Below, in pieces: positions 58,201 through 64,000 of a stretch of 64,000 bases of DNA. The position numbers and the translations under genes are program-made. Each line of letters begins with the position of its first letter. Position 1 is the stretch's first letter. This DNA comes from Acidobacteriota bacterium (lineage in GTDB: Bacteria; Acidobacteriota; Thermoanaerobaculia; Multivoradales; JAGPDF01): assembly GCA_012521815.1 (NCBI GenBank), contig JAAYLR010000141.1:414-64413 (forward strand), written 5' to 3'. Below the pieces are notes generated by a model that saw nothing but the letters and a program-made list of their open reading frames with translations, searched no databases and had not been told where the DNA came from.

Positions 58201-59961
58201 ATGCCTCGCCTCGTCATCCCCTTCCTGTTCCTGATCCTGACGGCGGGTTTCACGACCGCCGCCACCGCGAGCGAACCGCCGAGCGCCGGCGAGCAGGCCC
58301 GGCTCGTGGCCGCCGAGCAGGCCGGGCGGCTTGCCCCCGGCCTCGCGATGGCGCTCGCCCGTGGCGAGACGATGCCGGTGATCGTCCGCTTCGCGTCCCC
58401 CGCCGGGGAGGCGGAGCCCGCCCGCCGCGGCGCCGCGCTGCTCGCCCGGGTACCCGCCTCCGAACGCAGCGGCGAGCGGCTCTTCACGACCGTGCCGGGG
58501 ATGGCGCTCTCCCTCTCCGCCCGGGGCCTCGCCGCGCTGCTCGCCGAGCCCGAGGTCCTCCGCGTCGATCCCGACGCCGGCGGCGGCGCCCTGCTCGCCG
58601 AAACGGTGCCGCTCGCCGGGGGCGCGGCGCTCCAGATGGCCGGTTGGACCGGCGCCGGCAGCGTGGTGGCCCTCCTCGATTCCGGGATCGACGCCGCCCA
58701 TCCCGATCTCGCCGGCGCCCTCGACGGGGAAGCCTGCTTCTGCACCACCGCGGACGGCGCCGGCTGCTGCCCGGGTGGCGGCACGACCCGCACCGGCCCC
58801 GGCAGCGCCGCCGACGACTTCGGGCACGGCACCCATCTCGCGGGGATCATCACCGGCGACGGTCACGTCGCTCCGGTCGGCATGGCCCCCGAGGCCAGGC
58901 TGGTGGCCGTCAAGGTGCTCGACGCCACGGGGGCGTTCGCCTTCAGCTCCGACATCGTCGCCGCGCTCGACTGGATCACCGCCCACCGCCCCGACGTGGA
59001 CGTCGTGAGCCTGAGCCTCGGCACCGGCGCCCTCTTCCCCGGCGTCTGCGACGACGCCACCGCCTACACCCAGCTGCTCGCCGCCGCCGTCGCCAACCTG
59101 CGCGCCCGCGGCGTGCTGGTGCTGGCCGCGAGCGGCAACCGCGGCTCCGGCACCGCGCTTCCGGCCCCCGCCTGCCTGCGGGAGGTCATCGCGGTCGGCG
59201 CCACCTGGGATGCCGACGTCGGCTACCAGGGCACGATGTGTCTGCCCCCCCCCGACGGTCCCGGACCGGACCCGGTCACCGCCCCGGGCCAGATCACCTG
59301 CTTCTCGAACACCAACGCCGAGGTCGCCCTCGTAGCCCCAGGCGCGCCGATCACCTCCACCCGGCTCGGCGGCGGCACGACGACGCTCTACGGCACCTCG
59401 CTCGCCGCCGCGGTGGCGAGCGGCTGCGCCGCGCTCCTGCGCGAGGCGGCCCCGCTCGCCTCCCCCGAGCTGCTCGCCAGCGCCCTCGCCACCTCCGCGA
59501 CCCGCCCCACCGACCGGAAGAACGGCCGCTCCTTCCCGCTCCTCGACTGCGTCCGCGCGCTCGCCGTCGCCCAGAGCGCCAACACCGCCCCCTGCACGCG
59601 CGGCGCCACCACCGCCTGCCTGCTCGGCGGCCGCTTCGAGGTGACGGTCGGCTGGCTCTCCGACGGCCACGCCACCGGCGAGGCGAAGGTCATGGCGTTC
59701 GGGGGCCAGCGGACGGAGTCCGACCAGTCGGTCTTCTTCTACTTCTTCGACGACCAGCCCGAGAACTTCGAGATGGGGGTGAAGGTGCTCGACGGCTGCC
59801 CGATCAACGGCCAGTACTGGGTCTTCATCTCCGGCCTGACGAACCGCGGCTACACGGTGCGGGTGCGCGACAGCGTGACCGGGCGGATCCGTACCTATGC
59901 GAACCCGCTCGGCAACTACCCGCAGACGGTCGGCGACACCGACGCCCTCCCCTGCTCCTGA
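58201..59961 (+). CDS. secreted subtilisin-like serine protease (S8) with an unnamed C-terminal ~110-aa domain
   Basis: Signal peptide; triad D (LLDSGID), H (HGTHLAGI), S (GTSLAAAV). The C-terminal domain FFYFFDDQPENFEMGVKVLDGC...WVFISGLTNRGYTVRVRDSVTGRIRTYANP...DALPCS is shared with the next gene. Confidence 0.85.
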   Translation: MPRLVIPFLFLILTAGFTTAATASEPPSAGEQARLVAAEQAGRLAPGLAMALARGETMPVIVRFASPAGEAEPARRGAALLARVPASERSGERLFTTVPGMALSLSARGLAALLAEPEVLRVDPDAGGGALLAETVPLAGGAALQMAGWTGAGSVVALLDSGIDAAHPDLAGALDGEACFCTTADGAGCCPGGGTTRTGPGSAADDFGHGTHLAGIITGDGHVAPVGMAPEARLVAVKVLDATGAFAFSSDIVAALDWITAHRPDVDVVSLSLGTGALFPGVCDDATAYTQLLAAAVANLRARGVLVLAASGNRGSGTALPAPACLREVIAVGATWDADVGYQGTMCLPPPDGPGPDPVTAPGQITCFSNTNAEVALVAPGAPITSTRLGGGTTTLYGTSLAAAVASGCAALLREAAPLASPELLASALATSATRPTDRKNGRSFPLLDCVRALAVAQSANTAPCTRGATTACLLGGRFEVTVGWLSDGHATGEAKVMAFGGQRTESDQSVFFYFFDDQPENFEMGVKVLDGCPINGQYWVFISGLTNRGYTVRVRDSVTGRIRTYANPLGNYPQTVGDTDALPCS

Positions 59962-59983
59962 TCTTTCCGAGGGAGGCCGCCCG

Positions 59984-61594
59984 ATGACCGCCCCGCAGCC
60001 CGTCCGGCGCCACCACGCCGTCGTCCGGCTCTTCGCCGTCGCCCTTCTGGTCGCCGCCCCCGGGCTTGCGGGTGAGCTCACGCTGCGGCCTCTCGACGGC
60101 GCGGTGCGCCCCGTCGAGAAGATCGTCAACGGCCAGCTCGACTTCGGTCACCCGGCCGTCGGCGCCCTGCTCGGCCCGCAGGGGCTGCGCTGCAGCGCGG
60201 TCCTCGTCGGCTGCCGCACCGCGCTCACCGCCGCCTCCTGTTTCTGCTCGGATCCGTTCACCGGCGAGCCGCTCGCCGGACCGGAGTGCCTCGCCCGGCC
60301 CGAGCTGCTGGACACTGCGGGCCACACGCTCTTCCTCCAGCACCACCCGCCGCTGCCGGTGCAGGAGGCGGTCGTCCACCCCGGCTACGAGCCGGGCGGG
60401 GGCCACGACCTCGCGCTCCTGCGGCTCGGCGCCGCGGCGGCGGGGATCGCCCCGCTGCCGCTCCGGGAGGGCGACCCGCCTGCCCCCGGGAGCCCGGGAG
60501 AGCTGGTCGGCTTCGGGCGCGCCGGCGGCGAGACGGAGGATTGGGGGATGAAGCGCACCGGCAGGGTCGCGCTCGCCGCCTGTGACGGGGTTCCGGACGA
60601 AGGGAACCTCTGCTGGCGGTTCACGGCGCCGCTCCCCGCGCCGGGCGAGGCCGCGAACGCCTGCGACCGGGATGCCGGCGGGGCGCTCATCGTGGCCGGA
60701 AGCATGGGCCCCCGGCTCGCCGGCATCCTCTCCGGCGGCCTCGGCACCGACTGCCTGCCGCCCGACGAGGGGTGGGCCTCGGATGTCACCGCGGCGCGCG
60801 ACTGGATCGTCGCGACCGCGCTGGACGACCCGCTCGCCCCGGCGGCCTGTGGCGACCTGCGCAGCGCGGGCGCGCCGGGGACGTTCGTGCAGGGCAGCCA
60901 CGGCGATCTCGACGGCGCCTCCCCCGACTTTCGCACGACCTTCGCGATCCCCGCCGGAAGCGTGCTGCTGCGGGTCAATCTGAACGGCGACGAGAACGGC
61001 CGCCTCGCCGAGGCGCCGGACGCCGACCTCTACCTGCGCGCCGGCGCGCCGCCCGAGCGCGACGCGTACGACTGCGCGAGCACCGGCAGCGGGCTCTTCG
61101 AGAGCTGCGAGATCGCCGCTCCCGAAGACGGCACCTGGCACGCGCTGGTGAGCCGGGAGGCCGGCGCCGGACCGTTCCAGCTCACGGCGACGAGCTTCGC
61201 CGGCCAGGCGACGGAGTGCAGCCCCGGCCCGCACACCCTCTGTGTCGACGACCAGCCCGGCGACCGGCGGTTCAAGATCGAGATCGACTACTTCTCGCCG
61301 CCGCGCGCCGTCCTCGGCCGCGGCCGGGCGATCCCCCTCGCCGAGCTCGGCGTGAGCCGGGGCGGTCTCTTCTGGTTCTTCACCGCGGACAACCCGGAGG
61401 TGCTCGTCAAGGTGCTCGACGCCTGCACCCCGGCGCTCGGCAACCGGTTCTGGGTCTTCCTCACCGCCGGGACCGACCTCGGCTACAGCCTCACCGTGAC
61501 CGATACCGCGAGCGGGCTCCAGCGCACCTACGCGAACGAGGACGGGGCACCGGCGCTGCCGGTGCAGGACGTCGACGCCTTCCCCTGCCCCTGA
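59984..61594 (+). CDS. trypsin-like (S1) pseudo-protease with the same C-terminal domain (His and Ser of the triad appear substituted)
   Basis: GGGAGG RBS; signal peptide. IVNGQ..., then CRTALTAASC where the trypsin TAAHC His becomes Ser; DLALLRL keeps the Asp; CDRDAGGAL replaces GDSGGP, so Ser becomes Ala. The C-terminal domain is homologous to the S8 C-terminus. Confidence 0.8.
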   Translation: MTAPQPVRRHHAVVRLFAVALLVAAPGLAGELTLRPLDGAVRPVEKIVNGQLDFGHPAVGALLGPQGLRCSAVLVGCRTALTAASCFCSDPFTGEPLAGPECLARPELLDTAGHTLFLQHHPPLPVQEAVVHPGYEPGGGHDLALLRLGAAAAGIAPLPLREGDPPAPGSPGELVGFGRAGGETEDWGMKRTGRVALAACDGVPDEGNLCWRFTAPLPAPGEAANACDRDAGGALIVAGSMGPRLAGILSGGLGTDCLPPDEGWASDVTAARDWIVATALDDPLAPAACGDLRSAGAPGTFVQGSHGDLDGASPDFRTTFAIPAGSVLLRVNLNGDENGRLAEAPDADLYLRAGAPPERDAYDCASTGSGLFESCEIAAPEDGTWHALVSREAGAGPFQLTATSFAGQATECSPGPHTLCVDDQPGDRRFKIEIDYFSPPRAVLGRGRAIPLAELGVSRGGLFWFFTADNPEVLVKVLDACTPALGNRFWVFLTAGTDLGYSLTVTDTASGLQRTYANEDGAPALPVQDVDAFPCP

Positions 61595-61633
61595 ACGGCC
61601 CGCCGGCAGAGCCGCTCCCGGCTCCGGCCAGGG

Positions 61634-62929
61634 CTAGGTGCCGGCGGTGATCCGTTTCCCCTCCGACTTGGCGATGATCGTCGCCACCATCGCATCGCCG
61701 GTGACGTTGAGGACCGTCCGGAGCATGTCGAGCGGCCGGTCGACCGCGAGGATCAGCGCCAGCCCCTCGACCGGCAGCCCGACGGCGTTCAGGACGATGA
61801 TCAGCATCACGATGCCGGCTCCCGGCACCCCCGCGGTGCCGATGGAGGCCAGGGTCGCCGTCACGATGATCGTCAGCTGCTGGGCGAGCGTCAGCTCGAT
61901 GCCGAACACCTGGGCGATGAAGACGGCGGCGACTGCCTGATAGAGGCTGGTGCCGTCCATGTTGATCGTCACCCCGACGGGGAGCACGAAGCTGGTGATC
62001 TCGTTGCTCACCCCCAGCTCCTTCTCCACCTGCTCCATCGTGACGGGCAGCGTGGCGGCGCTCGAGCTGGTCGAGAACGCGACGAGCTGCACCGGGAAGA
62101 GCGCCCGGTAGAACTGCCGGAAGCTCACCCCGGAGAAGACGCGGATGAACAGCGGATAGAGGAGCAGCGCGACCGCCAGGAGCCCGCCGATCACCACCAG
62201 CGCATAGAGGCCGAGCGTCGTGAAGAGGTGCAGCGAGTCGGCGAGGCTGTCGCCCGAGAAGTCGACGATCAGCCCGGCCATGAGGGCGAGCACCCCGACG
62301 GGGGCGAACCGCATGATGAACTCGATCATCTTCAGGACGATCTCGTTGACGCCGGAGATGAAGCCGCTCACCACCTCCACGTGCGGATGCCGGACCGCCA
62401 CCATCGCCACCCCGAAGAGCATGGCGAAGAAGATGACCTGCAGCATGTTCCTGTTCTCTGAGGCGGCGGCGACCGCGTTTTCGGGGATCGCCTCCACGAG
62501 GAACTGCAGCGGGCTGCCCTCCAGGAGCCCCGCGGCGGTCACCTGCTGCCCCTCCACGTCCCCTCCGTACCGCGCGAGGAACTCCACCCGCTTCTCCGCG
62601 GGGAAGGAGTTGCCCGGCTGGACGAGGTTGACGAGGAGCAGCCCGATCGTCACCGCCAGCACGGTGGTGAGGATGTAGATCGCGATCGTCTTGACCCCGA
62701 TCCGCGACAGCCGCGAGATGTCCTTCAGGCCCGCGATGCCCGTGACCAGGGAAGCGAAGATGAGAGGAACGGCGATCAGCTTGAGCAGGTTCAGGAAGAT
62801 GACGCCGAACGGCTTGACCCAGTCGCGCACCAGCCAGTCGGCACCGGCTGCCACCGCAGCGATGCCGATCAGCACGCCCGCAAACATGCCGAGCAGGATC
62901 TTCCAGTAGAGGGGCAGGCGTCTCCACAT
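61634..62929 (-). CDS. dicarboxylate/amino acid:cation symporter (DAACS family, GltP/DctA-like)
   Basis: 431 aa, 8-10 TM; conserved blocks ...FDRLRTM-like (AVDRPLDMLRTVLNVTGD) and ...SSSAATLP... Confidence 0.9.
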   Translation of the reverse strand: MWRRLPLYWKILLGMFAGVLIGIAAVAAGADWLVRDWVKPFGVIFLNLLKLIAVPLIFASLVTGIAGLKDISRLSRIGVKTIAIYILTTVLAVTIGLLLVNLVQPGNSFPAEKRVEFLARYGGDVEGQQVTAAGLLEGSPLQFLVEAIPENAVAAASENRNMLQVIFFAMLFGVAMVAVRHPHVEVVSGFISGVNEIVLKMIEFIMRFAPVGVLALMAGLIVDFSGDSLADSLHLFTTLGLYALVVIGGLLAVALLLYPLFIRVFSGVSFRQFYRALFPVQLVAFSTSSSAATLPVTMEQVEKELGVSNEITSFVLPVGVTINMDGTSLYQAVAAVFIAQVFGIELTLAQQLTIIVTATLASIGTAGVPGAGIVMLIIVLNAVGLPVEGLALILAVDRPLDMLRTVLNVTGDAMVATIIAKSEGKRITAGT

Positions 62930-62937
62930 GGCGCGGT

Positions 62938-64000
62938 TCAGCGGGGAATGACCGGCAGGACGATGTGCGAGGGGTACTCCGGCGAGCGCATGACCGTCTG
63001 CCGCGCCGTCTCCATCCGCACCGAGGTCATCGGGTCTTCACCGGTGTTCAGGTTCCGGTCGAAGCGCGGGAAGTTGCTGCTCGAGATCTCCACCCGCAGG
63101 CGGTGGCCGGGGAGGAAGACGTTGCTCGTGGCCCAGAGGTCGATCTCGTACTCGTACACCCGCCCCGGCTCGAGCAGCTCGGCGGGCGCCGCCTTCCCCT
63201 TCCGGTAGCGGGCGCGCACGATGCCGTCCTGGAGGTTCTGGGCGTACCCGTCGGGGTGCACGTCGACGAGCTTGGCCGTCCAGTCGGTGTCCCGGGCGCT
63301 CGTGGCGGCGTAGAGGACGACCCGGATCGGCCCCGTCACCTCCAGCGCCTCTTCGAGGACGGGCGTCGTGTAGACGAGGACGTCCTGGCGCCTCTCCGCC
63401 GCGATCTGGTTCGCCGGCCCCGACGGCACCCGGCTGCAGCAGGTGTTGCCGCCGAGCGTGGGCACGGGGTCGTTCGGATCGTAGGTGAACTCGTCCCGCC
63501 CCGGCTGGCGCGGGGGCTGCAGGCTCAGGGTGCCGTTGCCGGCAACCGAGTTCGCCGGCCCCTCGCCGCCGAAGTAGTAGTTCGTGTAGCGGGTGCGGGC
63601 GAGCGGCCACTCGTTCTCGTGACGCCAGACGTTCTCCCCCATGACGAAGATCTTGACCGGCGGCTCGCTGTCCACGCCGTTGTCGATCCCCTTGAGCCAG
63701 TGATCGTGCCAGCGCAGGTAGAGCTTGCGCATCTCCAGCTCGGCCGCCGCACCGAAGTCGATACCCCGCTCCGGCCCTTCGCGCGGGGCGTCCGGCTTGT
63801 CCGTCCGCGCCCCGGTCTCGTGCGGCCAGGGGCCGATGATCAGATGCTTCCCCTTCCGGGCGCGCTCCGAGGGGCTCGCCGTGGTGATCCGGACGTGGTC
63901 GTCGAGCGCGCCGCGGAGGAAGAGGTCGTACCAGCCCTCGACGACCAGGAGCGGCACCGTGATCTGCTCGATCTCGTTCTCGAAGCTGATCCCCTTCCAG
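62938..64000 (-). CDS. CocE/NonD-family (X-Pro dipeptidyl-peptidase S15-like) hydrolase, 3' portion; gene continues past the window end
   Basis: The reading frame stays open through 64000 (…WKGISFENEIEQITVPLLVVEGWYDLF…); the C-terminal beta-sandwich domain is present. The N-terminal catalytic part lies outside the window. Confidence 0.8.
   Translation of the reverse strand, partial: WKGISFENEIEQITVPLLVVEGWYDLFLRGALDDHVRITTASPSERARKGKHLIIGPWPHETGARTDKPDAPREGPERGIDFGAAAELEMRKLYLRWHDHWLKGIDNGVDSEPPVKIFVMGENVWRHENEWPLARTRYTNYYFGGEGPANSVAGNGTLSLQPPRQPGRDEFTYDPNDPVPTLGGNTCCSRVPSGPANQIAAERRQDVLVYTTPVLEEALEVTGPIRVVLYAATSARDTDWTAKLVDVHPDGYAQNLQDGIVRARYRKGKAAPAELLEPGRVYEYEIDLWATSNVFLPGHRLRVEISSSNFPRFDRNLNTGEDPMTSVRMETARQTVMRSPEYPSHIVLPVIPR

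Overview
This is a very GC-rich (about 70% or more) bacterial chromosomal segment with dense, often 4-nt-overlapping (ATGA/GTGA) gene junctions. No rRNA, tRNA, CRISPR array or obvious mobile element was found, and most long reverse-strand ORFs in the track are composition-driven shadows. I call about 55 genes. Housekeeping and metabolic genes include cspA, ettA, yciH, a NUDIX CoA pyrophosphatase, a PLP trans-sulfuration enzyme, an aldo/keto reductase, sdaA, ispG, the tdh-kbl threonine operon, uppP, rmlBAC, pntAA, a GCS2-CBS ligase coupled to ggt, recQ, an orphan ParA and an MsbA-like ABC exporter. The most unusual locus (about 11.9-20.3 kb, minus strand) is a compact operon for a six-subunit group-4-hydrogenase / complex-I-like membrane complex. 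Its large subunit lacks the NiFe-ligating cysteines by eye, so it resembles an energy-converting-hydrogenase-related (Ehr-type) complex. The operon is preceded by a 31-aa mini-HTH ORF coupled by ATGA and followed by a PtsN-like PTS EIIA and a zinc-ribbon gene; upstream lies a structured tandem-repeat array. Other notable loci follow. Two ELWxxDGT-repeat ORFs look like one gene split by a frameshift at a G6 tract. An adjacent protein pair (HEAT-repeat protein and degenerate HD-GYP) shares a homologous N-terminal module. A eukaryote-type UDPGP-family pyrophosphorylase homolog is fused into the rmlBAC operon in place of rmlD. A pilT-pilC-pilS-pilR block is followed by a beta-propeller-GGDEF sensor. 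A secreted S8 protease sits next to a catalytically dead trypsin-like paralog, and the two share an unnamed C-terminal domain of about 110 aa.
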